DNA of 64,000 nucleotides from contig CM097887.1 of assembly GCA_044892525.1 (NCBI GenBank), forward strand, positions 138,796,397-138,860,396, given 5' to 3'. The notes under the pieces were generated by a model. The model worked only from the letters and a program-made list of their open reading frames with translations, was not told the origin of the DNA and did no database searches. The stretch is from Schmidtea polychroa. Lineage: Eukaryota. A program made the translations under genes and the position numbers. This document shows, piece after piece, positions 1-13,727 of the stretch (its first letter is position 1; each line of letters begins with the position of its first letter).

Positions 1-2056
1 ACTGGTGTCATTCCAGAGGGGATTTATACTCTAACTTCGTGGCTCGGCATGACCTCCAACGACCCCAATTCGTTCCAATACATGTATATACGTGCCAGGC
101 TGTAGGCCTGCAATCGCCGAGGGTTTTGGACCTGACGATGAAAGAGGCGCATAAGTGTATGATTGGCTGGGATCTCGCTTCAAAATCAATGATAACCGAC
201 GTTCTCACTCAAGCCCTACATCTTTGTAGCTAAATAAAAAATGAAACGAGGTTTAAATAATGATAATTTATTATTCAATACAAAATCGTCCTAACTTCCA
301 ATCTCAGAAAAATCAAAATCAAAATTTTGGTATAAGAGTAAGAATTGAAAAGTGACGAAATGTGTTAGTTTATATACCCTGTTTTGGTGTGCAAGCATGC
401 TGCGTACAGTGATGTAGTTAAACAAATTAGAATTATTTTAATTTTAGAACATTCGATTTTTAATTTTTATTAATTTTGATGGCGATTTTGACGTATTAAT
501 TTTTGTTTTTATTTTTGAAATTTTATTTTTGAATTATTTTTTATTAAATTTGCCTCCGTGATAGATTTGGTATTTTCAGAACATTCCATACTAAATTTAA
601 TATATTACTTATTTATAAATTTTTTTTTGTGAATTTTTTTCTAAATTTTTATATTTTAAACTAAAATATTTATTTTTATAAATTTTATTGGGTCGTTTGG
701 CTGCCATGATGGATTTCGCCAATTTTAATGGATTTTTCTGGATTTATATTCAAAATTTTATATACATATATATATATATATCTCCCTTTTGACCTTTTCA
801 TATACAGACACGCATTTTGAATCCTTAATTGCATAATATTCATAAAATTTTAACAAAATTACATATATTTTGTTAAAAGTTTCTAAAATATCTTTTATTT
901 ATTGTCCGTTGCACACACACACAGTCACTTGTCTACCCCCAAATTATGTTTGTATGACTTGTATATAAAACTATATAGTGTGTGGGCGTATTTGTTGACC
1001 TACACAAAATTACTGGGAATTTTAGAGGGGTATCGTCAGCAGGAGTGATTGATCCAGCGGTGGACAACAGAATTGCCAATAATTTTCATAATGAATCCTC
1101 TTTAATACACCACATATAAATTAAATGTATAAAAATCGCGACTTAATGAGTTTCGTTTAGAAAAAACCTATTTTTTCTATTAAATATTTTGATGAAATAA
1201 ACCAAACGAATAGAACATTAATTAAGTTTCATTTTAGAGCAAATTGGGTTTGTTTAGTCGTATATATTTTAATAAAACTTACAGAACAATCTTAAAGTTT
1301 TATTTATTTATTATATATCATATTCAAAATTCTGCTACCAAGAATCCATGAAAATTTATTTTAATAATAATTACAATATTATTATTAGTGAAATGAGAAA
1401 TATCTTAAAGATATTTTATAATTATATTTATATGTTTTGATGTTTATCTAACTAAGATGTTTATAATTATATTTAAAAATAAAATAATAATCCTCGGAAT
1501 TTCTGTATACTATATTCTTAAAATTTAACTCTAAATCGTCTAATTAGTCAGATTTATTAAATTATTATACCGTTTAATTATCGATCTCATTTGGCAAGGA
1601 ACTATTGATTAATGATTAATATGTTGATCAGTTATTTTGTCTGAGCCGATTGATCTGCACCACATGCTAAGACAAGTAGTCTATTGTATCGATGGAGCTA
1701 CTGTATTTATTATGGAATTAATAATGTCGCATCAAACTCAGTCAGAGACCTTGATATGCTAATGATTTTAAGTCATGGCTACATCAGGTACAGTTTGGCG
1801 CTAGTGATTGCACCTATGTCGTACATCCTGGTAGTTGCAATTTGATCTTGTTTTGATATCGAATGATAATAAGTAGCAGTAGTCAATGGATGGTAAAATG
1901 AATTATTAATTTTCTGAGACATTGTTATCCATCTCCGTCATTATCCGGAGACTTGGCATACATGGTTTTACAACTAAGTATTGGTTGACACTTCTTATGC
2001 ACACAAAGTGACTTTCTATAAATGGTGTTTATATTTCTACAAAAAACACATACATC

Positions 2057-2823
2057 ATGGATATTTCGAAACACCTTTTGTTAAATCAAAATTTTTTGAA
2101 TCCGAATCTTGATCCAATGATGGTATATTAAGATCTTTGTTGACTTTGATTTTTATTAGTATATATATCTCTATTTAGATTCTCGATACGTATCGAAGTT
2201 TCATGCAATTACAAGAAATATATCAGTATTTGAACCAAAATAATGAAGCAACCAACATCGTTGAACAAGATTTTTGTAAACCTTGTCAGCAACAAGAAGC
2301 ACTTGATTTAAGTGTCAGAAAAACTGACCAAATCAACCAAATAGCAAAAGTGAATGTGAAAAAGTTTAACCAAAAAATTAATCCTAAATCTGAACGAGAA
2401 CATAGAAAAGAAAATGTTAACGTTATAACTTGTGCGATGTGTAAATACACATTTCTTACAATGAGTCAATTGAATCGGCATTTTGGAATGTATCATGAAG
2501 ATTTCGTAATTAAGTATTCTTATAATTTACAACACAGTCGAAGCAAATTGACTTTCCAAGCACACCTGGCTAGTTTAAGGTGTTTGAATCAGACAAAATC
2601 AATTGATAAACTCCAATGTCCATCTTGTCAATATCGGGCTAAATGGCCGACAGAGTTAGAAAAACATGTAATGGTTCATTCTTTTGGTAGACCGTTTTCA
2701 TGTTATATTTGCTCAAAATCATACAAATGGATTTGGGATTTAGGCCGTCATTTTCATAAAAATCACAGTCAGTTTGACAACCCGTATCGGAAAACAAGCA
2801 GAGTCAAATCAAAAGTTGTTTAA
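2057..2823 (+). CDS. Host C2H2 zinc-finger protein, two exons (2057-2122, 2179-2823)
   Basis: Three C2H2 fingers (CAMC..H..H, CPSC..H..H, CYIC..H..H). An upstream ATG exon of 22 codons joins in frame through a 56-nt GT..AG intron (2123-2178). Confidence 0.85.
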
Positions 2824-3124
2824 ACTATGATTTATTATTAGCTAAATATAGACTAAATTAACTACCTCATTTAATGTTACAAACATAAAATAAAAAGAAT
2901 CATTTAGTTGTTTCAGTTGTATTTTTTTGTTACTTGAGAAATATTAAATGTTATGGTTATCTTTTAAGTTTGAAGTTTTTTTATATAATAAATCATGAGA
3001 TTATAAACAATCTATTAAAATTTTTGTTTTTATTTCGATTTTATCCTTTTGAACATGAACCTATTTTCAATAAATTTTTATTAAAAATTTGTGTTAAATA
3101 AATGTAAATATTGATTTTGCTCTA

Positions 3125-3201
<77 letters not shown>
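3125..3201. repeat. (AAT)n microsatellite, about 25 units
   Basis: Perfect trinucleotide run visible in the sequence. Confidence 0.98.
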
Positions 3202-3202
<1 letters not shown>

Positions 3203-4089
3203 CATTTTGTTTATTTTAAAAAATGTAGACAGTTTCCTATATTAACAATCAGATAATTTAAGTGACTATTAATGGAAATATTGATCTCAGATTTTATTTT
3301 TATTGATTACACTAATTTATTTAAAAATGGATATTTTTAAATGAGGAAAGTTAATAATTTGATAATTTTATATTATGAAATATACATGTTTTCAAAATTA
3401 AAACTTTGAAAAGTTGTAATTCATATATGCGCACTGAAACAAATAAATCGTAAAATATAAATTGGTGTTCCATATGTACAGTTGTTTTTATTACCTAAGG
3501 TTTTTTTCGGGTCCTTGTACCATATAAAATAATATAGTATATGGAGAGTTTACTGTATTGATAAGTAAAGATAACTTATCAGTTATTTGCATCACTAGAA
3601 CTACCACCTTTAAAGTATATTTAAAAATGTTTAAATTTACTACCATTTCTGAAAACTTTTATTCAAATAATGTATTTCATTAATCCTTCTTTTTAAATTT
3701 AAAGATTCTAAAGATATATAAAAATCTAACTAGCAAATGCATTTAGTTAAACTGGGTCTATACTAAATCACATTGAAGAATAAACTGTGCTCATTTGTCA
3801 TTTTTTAGTTTATATTACATATTTTACTATAATTGTTAGAATGAAAAATCAACTTTATTTTTTGTTTTAATATGTAAAATAATTCACTTTTGAGTTATTT
3901 TAAATATTTTTATTTATTTATAAAATATATTAAAATAAGCTAACAATTTTATTAATTTCATTAATTTTTAGTGCCTTAATTTAGAGTCATAAAGTAATAG
4001 GACACTCTGGTAACTTAATGTTGATGAGAACTTATTACAACCACTCAAAATTTATTTTATAATAACTTATCCGTGCACATTAAGCATGT

Positions 4090-4217
4090 NNNNNNNNNNN
4101 NNNNNNNNNNNNNNNNNNNNNNNNNNNNNNNNNNNNNNNNNNNNNNNNNNNNNNNNNNNNNNNNNNNNNNNNNNNNNNNNNNNNNNNNNNNNNNNNNNNN
4201 NNNNNNNNNNNNNNNNN
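4090..4217. other. Assembly gap
   Basis: Run of N. Confidence 1.
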
Positions 4218-4289
4218 TAACGAAAATTGATTTATCTTTTTAGTTTTTGTTATTTCCTTATGTTATAATATTAAATAGAATAATTAGTT

Positions 4290-5351
4290 TAAATTTACGA
4301 TTGTGTTTTCATCTGAAAAGATGATTATATATTCGTCAAAACCGTCTTTCAGAGAACCCATCAAAATTGATGACGATCTGATTGGAGCTCACCTGAATAA
4401 AGATTTGATATATTTAGACCCAGTTATACTGGTCAAACGGTTCGAGATTTATTTATACTACGGATGTATCAACTGCAACATGTTGAATTGCAGAAATATT
4501 GCGGTACTTTTTGATTGTAAAATTGACATTGTTACTGGAGACATTGACTATTTCTTTCTTGAAATTAAAAACTGTAAATTAAGTAAACTTTTACCGCCAA
4601 TGATTTCTGACAACGGTTCCAACTCACTCCTCCCCCTATTCGAGGTATCTTGACTCTGTAATTGATAAATTTATTGATGAAAGTAAAGGTCTTGGTTATA
4701 AGTAGTGTGTTTTCACACGTTCAGTATTTATAGACCTTTAGGCGATAAAGAAAGTAATAAAGCCAAAGTGTTTACGTTACCTGGCATATGTGTTAAATAT
4801 CAATCTCACAATGATTGTTATAAAAATAAAAATTGCTCTTTCTGTAACTGAAACAAGAAAAGAACTAAAAATCACCAGTTGTCTATTTTAAAAAATTATA
4901 GAACAGCTTTGAGTAACAATGATGACAAACGTCAATGGGTGGGGAGAAATAAAAGTTTCGCTTTTGGTTATTATTTGATGAAGATGATGTAAATCAGTGA
5001 ATTCAAAGTTGGAGAAAAAAGCAGATTTCGTAAATTAAAATTTATTTATATTTATATGACCTGCTTAATTTTAACTTGACCTACTTTATTTAAATTTTAA
5101 ATAAATTAAATGATCTACTTTATTTAACTTTAAATGGACTATATAGTTTTGAATAAAGACTAGTTTTAAAAATTTAACTATATGACCTATTTAATTTGAC
5201 CTTAAATTGGCTCTAAAACGACCTTAACCTACATAATTTGACCAAAAAAATTACCTCATACGATCTTGACCTAATTTCAAAAAATGTTTTTTACCTTTAT
5301 ATTTTTTCGACGGTGTTTGACCTAAATAGGAGAGCCTCACGTCCTACTACT
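4290..5351 (+). mobile_element. Polinton/Maverick right-end remnant: polB C-terminal fragments plus terminal repeat
   Basis: SEKMIIYSSKPSFREPIKIDDDLIGAHL is paralogous to the polB at ~11060-11160. It is followed by TGACC-rich subterminal repeats and ends in CCTACTACT, the reverse complement of an AGTAGT-type Polinton terminus. Confidence 0.75.
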
Positions 5352-5379
5352 TACAAAATGTAACGGACAAAAAAAAACT

Positions 5380-6030
5380 TGAAATTAAATTGCCATATCT
5401 CGATAGTCTGTTCGATATAAAGAAAAGGGATCACCGGGGAAGCTGAGAGATGGTGTCTTTTAAATATTACATATCTCGACAACTGTGAGATAATATAAGA
5501 ATTGAATAGGGCATAAAGAAATAGACGGGGGAAAATATCTAAGCTGAAGTCAATATTAATAAGTGCCAATAGATTGTAGACTATAAAATGAAACAAAACT
5601 TGAATTTAAACAGAAGTTGAAAAGTGAAGACAGTTTTAAAGAAGAAAAACAGATATAATTTATAAAATAAAATAAGAAAAAAAAATAGTTGTAATAATAA
5701 AAATAGAGAGAATAAAGCGAGAAGATAATCAGACGTTTGGAGAAACAATGTTAGGGAAAAAGAAAACAAAATAAATTAAAGGAAGCCATCGAGTATATAT
5801 CGAGGGAGTTTGATTAAATGATCAGTTTTATGGTTATTGATTGGACTATTAGCCTATGTATGTTGTAATAAATCTGGAATATAATGTCTTGAGTTGTGGA
5901 TCCTCTGTGGAATTGTGTTAGCAGAAATCAAATCGATTGTAATTGTGAGACAATAAATATTGGTAATATAGAAAGTTATCGTTATTGTTGATATTTTAAG
6001 ACACGCTTGGAGTCAGATTGGCAGTTATCA
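5380..6030 (+). pseudogene. Decayed LTR-retrotransposon gag-like remnant
   Basis: Lys/Glu-rich broken frames. Shares GACACGCTTGGAGTCAGA and a VCCNK.G motif with the 58630-59480 remnant. Confidence 0.45.
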
Positions 6031-6311
6031 ATTTTAATTTCATCGACAATACTCAACAATATTTTTAAAAAAAGACACTAGGTAACATTGAATAAATTAT
6101 ACATCACTTAATACTATTGAATTGTTAGTGAAAAATCAATTTTCAGAAAAAATGAATTAATAATGTACAATAAAAAGTTGCTAAATTTTTTGAATTTGCA
6201 TTATTAATTATATTTTGAATCGAAATGCACCCTAGGTTGATAATTTCCAGTGAACGAAGAAAACATAATTTAAAGGTGATAAACCTAAAATATTTTAGGA
6301 ATGAGCTAAAC

Positions 6312-6495
6312 CAGTGTTTTTCAAACTTCAAAAGCTCATGGAACCCTTATGTGAAATAAATTTATTTATGGATAGATTTTATTTGTTTTTTATGAGAAAT
6401 TAAAAATTTTTATTGATAATTTTTTGGTGAGAAAACAAGCAATTTCTTTTAAATTATTGATTTTTTTTCCTCGGAACACAGTTTGAAGACCACTG
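6312..6495. mobile_element. hAT (Charlie/MER5-like) MITE
   Basis: TIRs CAGTGTTTTTCAAAC and GTTTGAAGACCACTG; imperfect 8-bp flanks AGCTAAAC and CGCTAGAC. Confidence 0.75.
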
Positions 6496-9400
6496 CGCTA
6501 GACAATAAAAAAAAATATCCAAAATTTTTGAGTATTGCTCTATCAAATTGTTTAAATTTTCAAAAACAAAATAGAATTATAATTCCTATTTCACTTGAAA
6601 TTAAAATCTTTTCCAGTTCATAAAAATACCATCTTTACACTGAAACACGGCAGATTAACAAAAGTTTCGGAAATTAACTAACTTTATTTAATGTTAGTTT
6701 GTAAAACTTAATACATATCGCATTCCACGTTAACACACAAACAATCTGTCCATTTGAAATTAAAAGCAAGACATTATTATTTGAAAATCGAATAGAAAGT
6801 CTGCCATTAGATTAGATAATCTGCATACTGATCTCAAATTTAAGTCTATGATTTTCAGAATCACTCCAAGAGAACAATGATGTTTGTGCACTAACTGAAT
6901 TGAAATAAATGTATTTGATTCCTATTATTTATGCAAATTAAATATTAAATAAACTTATAAAAGCTTTATCCGACAATTGCGTGGGCTGTTATTTGAATTT
7001 ATAATTTTGTAATATTATACGACAATAAAAAAGTTTAATTTTTCTAAATTCTTGAAGAAAGGAAATATTTATAATGAAAGAAATAGTAAAGCAGATTGAA
7101 ACGTCCAAATTTATCCTATGTGCAAAGTGAGGATTGATTAGAACGGCATTTTCGAATCATTTTATTTGTTTCCAAAAGCTTGGTGTTCCTATTTAAACCA
7201 AAAAACGTACAAAATTCAGATTTTAATTGGGATCTTTTGAAAACATTTGGAGAATTTACTAAATATTTAGATCAATTTCTCAGTCATTATCTCAAATTCC
7301 CAGGATTTTCATGTTATATGAGTAGATGGATTGGGCAACACAAAACCAAGTCACCGCAAAATCAGGTCACCGCTGGACCACCTTGGTAGAAAATTTTAAA
7401 AAAAAATTTAAGGTCAAATTTTAAACAAAGACCTAGACTCATTGGATGACTCGTTAAGGTCGTTGAAATAAAGATGGTGGGTTTCAAACATTTTACCCTG
7501 TCGTGCTGTTTCCAGCGTTACCTAGAATACAATTACAGTTCTACCACTTGATACCAGTTGAGTGATCAACGTTGGTACTGTATCAAGGGTTTAAGTACCA
7601 GCAAAAAGTGAGCATGCTCCGCATACTATAATTGTCCAGTACTCACTTGGGTTCACGGACTGCCGAAAGAAGGCCTATCTCGATTTCCTGGGTCCCTTCG
7701 CTTTTAGATTGTGTTGCCGAATTGCAGGTATTTATCATAGTGTTAAGTTGCGTAATTTACTCTCCTCCTCCTGACCTCTCTTTCTACTCTGCTGAGGTTG
7801 ATTGAAAATAACCAGGACCAAATTTAAATTCACTAACTTCAAACATAAAAAATACAAAATTTAGATTCCCTTGATTTAAAAGGTTTACGAAAACAAACTA
7901 AAAAAGTTATTGATTAAAATTTCAAACCTACTAAAACACATTTTAAATTCTCTTGATTTAAAAGATTTACGAAAACCAAATTCAAATCAATTAAATCACT
8001 ATATTGTTCTAAACGTTATTGATCAAAAATTTCAAAAGAATTAATTTACTAAATGATCATATTGTTTTAATCGTTTATTTAATTTAATGATGCTCTAATA
8101 ATAATTTATGCTTTTCAAATTTTATGTTTTGAGATTTATTTTATTATGTAACGAAAATATTTTCTAGCCATTCACCACCGAAATCAATTATAAGGGCTGA
8201 AGCGTAACGCTTAGAGCTTTGCTCGAGCCTCTTACCATTCTTCTACATGTAATTGCAGTAGGTGGTGTTATCAACACAGAACGTCTGGTGTAATTTTTTA
8301 GTTGTTTATTTATTTACCTATTTTTAGGCACTAAAAATTCCTTTTAATGGGTTGTCGATTTTGATACTCCAGTTCAGTTTCTAGGTAATTGGACTTATTG
8401 TTAATGAGAATTATCTGATCAAGTGGTTCAAGTGCTCTAATATCAGCCTAAGTCGTCCTAGATATATTAAAAGATCAGGCTCTCGGAACAATTTATTGTT
8501 AGATTTCTGCTTCATGTGATACAATGCAAAGAAATGAAACTGGGCTACTTTGATATTCGATTTTATTTGATGATCTAATCCTGCCGACTAATACTAGTGA
8601 TACTGTGCAGAACTAGCTGTTGAGATCGGCCGGTAGGGCCTGGTGGTGATTTTTTGGTCTGAGTAAGTTCAGGTCCGATTTGATCGTACTGTATGATAGT
8701 GTATGGGGTCATTTTTCGTGGTCGATGATGATTGGCCATGATGAAGTGGCCATGTGTTGCTTAATTTTAACGAAACTATACTATATAATAAGTAAATGTA
8801 TTTTCAAAAATGTATTTGTTTCAAAAGAATAACTGATTTCAAAAGCGATCCAAAAGAATAACCGAAGAAAATCAATTAAGGTCTTTCTTTTTGTTACTTA
8901 ATAAAAGTTTAACAATTTTCCGCGAGGTAGAATCCTCTTATTGCCATTTCGGGTCATCTTTTATCATCTCCAAACGTTTTATATGCTATTTGAGTGATTT
9001 CCTTTCACTAGTTGGAACATATTCATCGTTGATTCTGGTTCTTGCGATTGTCATTTCTCCTGCCTTTTCGTCTTCGGTTTTTAATTTTCATATAGCTTCG
9101 TGTTTTATTTCTGGTCTATTATGAGTAGATAGATAGGGGTCCCCCCTAGGAGAAATCTTTAAAATTCTTTTCAAGGTCAAATAGGTCAAGGTAAAATTTT
9201 TTAATGTAAAGTTCAATTTTTTTAAAATTTGAAATTTGAGAGTTCCCGCCAAGAGATATTATTATTTGAAAATAAAGGTCTTTGAAACACATGGATTATT
9301 ATTATATATACTCCGAGTTTATCCGACAAGATATTCTGTCCCTCCTATGGGTATTGTTCACAAAGGTACTTGCCACACTCACAAGGTTATTACTATTATT

Positions 9401-9754
9401 ATTATAACTATTATCAATATTATTGTTGTTAAAATGTCGAAAAGAACATGTTGGCTCTGATAAACTCGCTCTGGTATTGAGCATCATATTCTTTCTAAGC
9501 ATCAGCTAAAAGCCTTTGACTTGATTCCTCATATAGTAATAACTCATGTTTGGGGATAACGGCAAGCATAAAGACCGATTTATAGTGATTCGTGTCCATA
9601 TTTCCATGCGTCTGTTCCAGTTTTATTGTTCGAATATATAGAAATTCATATTTGGATAATGGATCAACTATCCACTTAAAGTCAATCATTTCTGAACATT
9701 CAATTGATTTGAATTTATTAAACTTCATTTGATCAAGATTTAATTTCCATACGA

Positions 9755-10018
9755 TTAATCACATAAATCCACACTTACAAGGAATGAGTTAGTTTCGTTG
9801 ATTAATTTCGTTATTGATTCTGAATGTCCATATAATATATCACTATGTTTGCCATCTTCTAAACTCCATACAATTATAATATGATCCATTCGACCAGTGA
9901 ATGCAACTCTCGATTTATTGTCACAAACTTCTGACAAAACAACATTCGAATAACCACTCAAAACAAATTCATCATATTCATTATCCTTAGCATTTTTAAA
10001 ATCCATATCATTTTCCAT
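9755..10018 (-). pseudogene. WD40-repeat fragment carried inside the mini-Polinton
   Basis: FTGRMDHIIIVWSLEDGKHSDILYGHSESITKL matches the WD40 W..GH repeat pattern. Confidence 0.6.
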
Positions 10019-10227
10019 TTCGAGATTAAAAAACGAATTAAAAAAAATCTTATTTTCAAAAACCTACAGAAACTTACAAAATTGAAACAACTTGACATAA
10101 AAAATCCAAAAATTCGACCCAAAAATAAAACTCGATATTAAATCTCCAAAATTACACTGATCGCGTCTGTGTACGCATACAAAAAAACAAACACCATCTT
10201 CGAATCCAACGCGCACACAGACGCGAA

Positions 10228-10467
10228 NNNNNNNNNNNNNNNNNNNNNNNNNNNNNNNNNNNNNNNNNNNNNNNNNNNNNNNNNNNNNNNNNNNNNNNNN
10301 NNNNNNNNNNNNNNNNNNNNNNNNNNNNNNNNNNNNNNNNNNNNNNNNNNNNNNNNNNNNNNNNNNNNNNNNNNNNNNNNNNNNNNNNNNNNNNNNNNNN
10401 NNNNNNNNNNNNNNNNNNNNNNNNNNNNNNNNNNNNNNNNNNNNNNNNNNNNNNNNNNNNNNNNNNN
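10228..10467. other. Assembly gap
   Basis: Run of N. Confidence 1.
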
Positions 10468-10639
10468 TAAGCCTTTTTCATTAAATACATTATTTGCAGC
10501 AAAAGGCTTAAATTATCATATTACTGTTTTAAATAATAAATGCTGCTACCAAGAAATCATCACTTTATATTATTATATAAAGTAATAATAATAATTATTA
10601 TTATTATTATTATTATTATTAAGATTTACAAAATTATTA

Positions 10640-13080
10640 TTAGTTTTCATAATAAATTAAGACATTAAAAGATATATTAAATACCGATAAATTCGATAAC
10701 AATACGACATCTATATTAATATCATTGTCATCATTGGTATCATTGCCATCATCATTGAAATCTGGACTTAGACCTCCGAATAATGGACGAATTTCTGAAA
10801 TTACTTGATCAACACCTAAGGCATCTATTCCTAAATAATGCCCAAATGCGAAACTGGAATTTTGCCCCACCCATAATCGTCTGTCATCGTTGTTTGACAA
10901 TGCAATCTTGGTATTTTTAAACGTAAGAAGCTGGTGATTTCTTGACCTAAACTCTAAACGATTTTTAGCCAATTCTATATACTGAAGAGTACATCCGTAG
11001 TTTAGACAAATCTAACACTGTTTGACCAATCTAGCTAGGCCTGTCTAAACATATAGAATATTAATCCAGATGAGCCGCAATCAGATCATCATCAATTTTG
11101 ATAGATTTTCTGAAAGTAGGTTTTGAAGCATATACAATCATCTTTTCAGATGAATTGCATAGCCTCAAATTCATCCGTTTTTTAAGATTTTCCACGGATT
11201 TCCCATACAGACTATTGTTAAATAATTTATACAGATCTCTATATAGCTCATATATTGAATTGTCTCGCAAATTTGTGTTTTTGTCTATGTACGATTTAAA
11301 AATGGGTGTATGTGTGAATTTAATTGCTCTATGTACAGTTTTAATTACAGACCACAATTCTATATACAACTTGAGAAGCCTCCAATGAAGAACATGGTTC
11401 TTCTTTGGCCAAAGCATGAGCATCAGCTTCTCAACTTTCGAATTAGGTGGGCACATTTTTTCCGGAGCAATCGGAAAATCATTCAAAAACTCATGCACAC
11501 ACTGAGGGATATCGATATCCACTTCCATAGTATATCCATATGGAAGATTTTCAATATCCTCATTCATACATTTATTCAAGACAGAATCAAGATCATCATA
11601 CACCCATTCAAAGTCAGCATACGGTAGCTTTTGGCTTAAGGCCCAACCATACAAGTTATTGATATCAATATACAAGAGTTCTTGTGTCTTCAGAACTTAC
11701 AACATAATGTTTGTTAACAAATGTTAACCCACCCCGTATCCCTCATTCATGGAAATTAAACATTTCGATGTCCTGCAAAAGTTCAATGGGTTCCGTTAAT
11801 GTCATGATCGCTGAGGCCAATGACATACCGGGAATTCCAAAGAAATTAAGAGGTTCAAGACCATTGTAAGCAATGGCCTTTTCACGGAATTGTTGAAAAT
11901 AATCTGCAAGGAAAAACACGTCTAACTTCAGGTAGGTTAACATGTAATCTAACATGTTGTTGCAGTTTTGCTGAGTCCAAATAACTTGGGCTTATGCATA
12001 CGGAATCATCATTAGACACGGAATCCCAGATAGGAGGTAATTCAAGAGTCGATTCCAGAACCTCAAGCGATGTAGCGAAGTCATAAGGAAAGATACCTTT
12101 GGCTCGAACAATGGCGTCATCAAAAACAGAAGAAGTTAAAGGCAGATCGGAAAGAGTCTTAACCGCTTTTGCTAAAGATGAATTAACAAACTGCATGCTG
12201 TCAATAAAACGAACAGGCAATTTGTTAATATACGCAATTTGAGAGATGAATTTTTTTGTAGTGGTCGGAAAAATATTTAATTCCCAAGAAGGAAAATTAT
12301 TGAGACCGTACTTCAAAATAAGATAGGTAGCTGTTTCTGAATTCGTCGAGAAACATTATCTTTCCTACAAGCAGCACCTAAATACTTACCTGTAAAGTGA
12401 CAATGGTCCCTAACTCTATCTTTAATAAATTTCTTACAAAGATAGCAGGTTATAGATTCTCGAAAGACACGTTCTTCAGTGAAAGACAAGGTTTGCATGG
12501 GCTTTTTCCCATTAATTTCGTAATATGGCATGACAATTTTGACCGCAATTTCCTCCACCTTACGCAAGAAAGACAATACACAATCATCACCAACAAACTC
12601 ATAATAAATCTTGTGTTATTATAATTATTAATTAAACTTGCTGTTATTGGCAAGTGCTTTTGATGGTGAATTATATCTCCTGGTAAAATTGATTCAAAGT
12701 CTGCATATATCACGAATAATGGGGTTATGGTCTTCGCATAATTTTGAAAAATTAAATTTTTCTCTTTAGGTAGGGTATATAAAGTAGTACCTATTTGGTT
12801 CTTACTGCATAGTGCTACATGTACGTTAAATGCTTTTCATGTCGAAAACCATTGAGACAATGGGGACACCAGTTCACTCTAAATTTAACACTACATTCAC
12901 TGCTATCATCAATTACATTTTCAGAAGGCGTAGCTGGGGTCTTTTTATAAATTAAAACATTTATTGATAAATTTAAATCACTATTTTTCCTTTCAAATTT
13001 AGGGATGTCGCACAATTTCATTGGACAATCAGAAATGGGGTCAAAATTTAACTCGTCAAGATAATTTTCATAGGAACTAA
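10640..13080 (-). pseudogene. polB: Protein-primed family B DNA polymerase (Polinton pPolB), frameshifted
   Basis: Motifs in order across several frames: YADFES, RDHCHFTGKYLGAAC, RFIDSMQF, KGIFPYD, YLKLDVFFLAD, DINNLYG, KLFNNSLYGK, ALSNNDDRR. Confidence 0.93.
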
Positions 13081-13341
13081 CTCTATTCTACAGAATATCT
13101 TGTCGGATAAACTCGGATATATATAATAATAATCCATGTGTTTCAAAGACCTTTATTTTCAAATAATAATATCTCTTGGCGGCAACTCTCGAATTTCAAA
13201 TTTTAAAAAAATTGAACTTTACATTAAAAAATTTTACCTTGACCTATTTGACCTTGAAAAGAATTTTAAAGATTTCACCTAGGGGGGAGGGGGTATGTGA
13301 TCCAGCGGAGTCCTGATCTAGCGGACCCCTATCTATCTACT

Positions 13342-13725
13342 ATTATGCACTTCAACACTAATGCAAATGGACAATTTGCACGGTGTGTACGGTGCATTCT
13401 TTTAGGTGTTTCTCCTTTTTCCCATTCCGCCAGTTTTCCATTACAAAATTCAAATGTCATCTGATCTGGTACCTCTGGTGTTCCTGAAAAATAAAATCCA
13501 TTAGCTGCTAGTGCTCTGCTCTGCTCTTCAGTGAATACGTCCTGGTGTTTGAATGATAGGTACCTCTGTTTCTCACATTTGAAGGGTTCGTTATCTTTTG
13601 GTTCATATATTATCCTTATCAAATTTCCCGGATTTCGATAATACATATAACCCGTTGCCTTATTTATACTAATTTCCATATCTTTTGACTTCCCTTTTAA
13701 TGATTCGTCGTCCTCTCCTTTCCTC
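13342..13725 (-). pseudogene. BIR (IAP-type) domain gene remnant
   Basis: RYLSF..LAANGFYFSG..FCNGKLAEWEKGETPKRMHRTHRANCPF fits the BIR consensus, but the first zinc-ligand Cys is replaced by Phe. Cut by the mini-Polinton at its 3' end and bordered by gypsy sequence at its 5' end. Confidence 0.75.
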
Positions 13726-13727
13726 AT

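Larger units (their letters stand above)
9124..13341 (-). mobile_element. Internally deleted (mini) Polinton/Maverick with TIRs and 6-bp TSD
   Basis: Both ends read AGTAGATAGATAGGGGTCC inward. About 200 bp of inverted repeat (9140-9337 vs ~13090-13290). Perfect TSD ATTATG at 9118-9123 and 13342-13347. Contains a polB pseudogene. Confidence 0.9.

Noticed and set aside
130-160. CTGACGA followed by GAAA (hammerhead-like)
   Set aside because: No room for stem II between the two motifs.
10152-10585. ORFs spanning N runs (also 29495-29908)
   Set aside because: Artefacts of assembly gaps.
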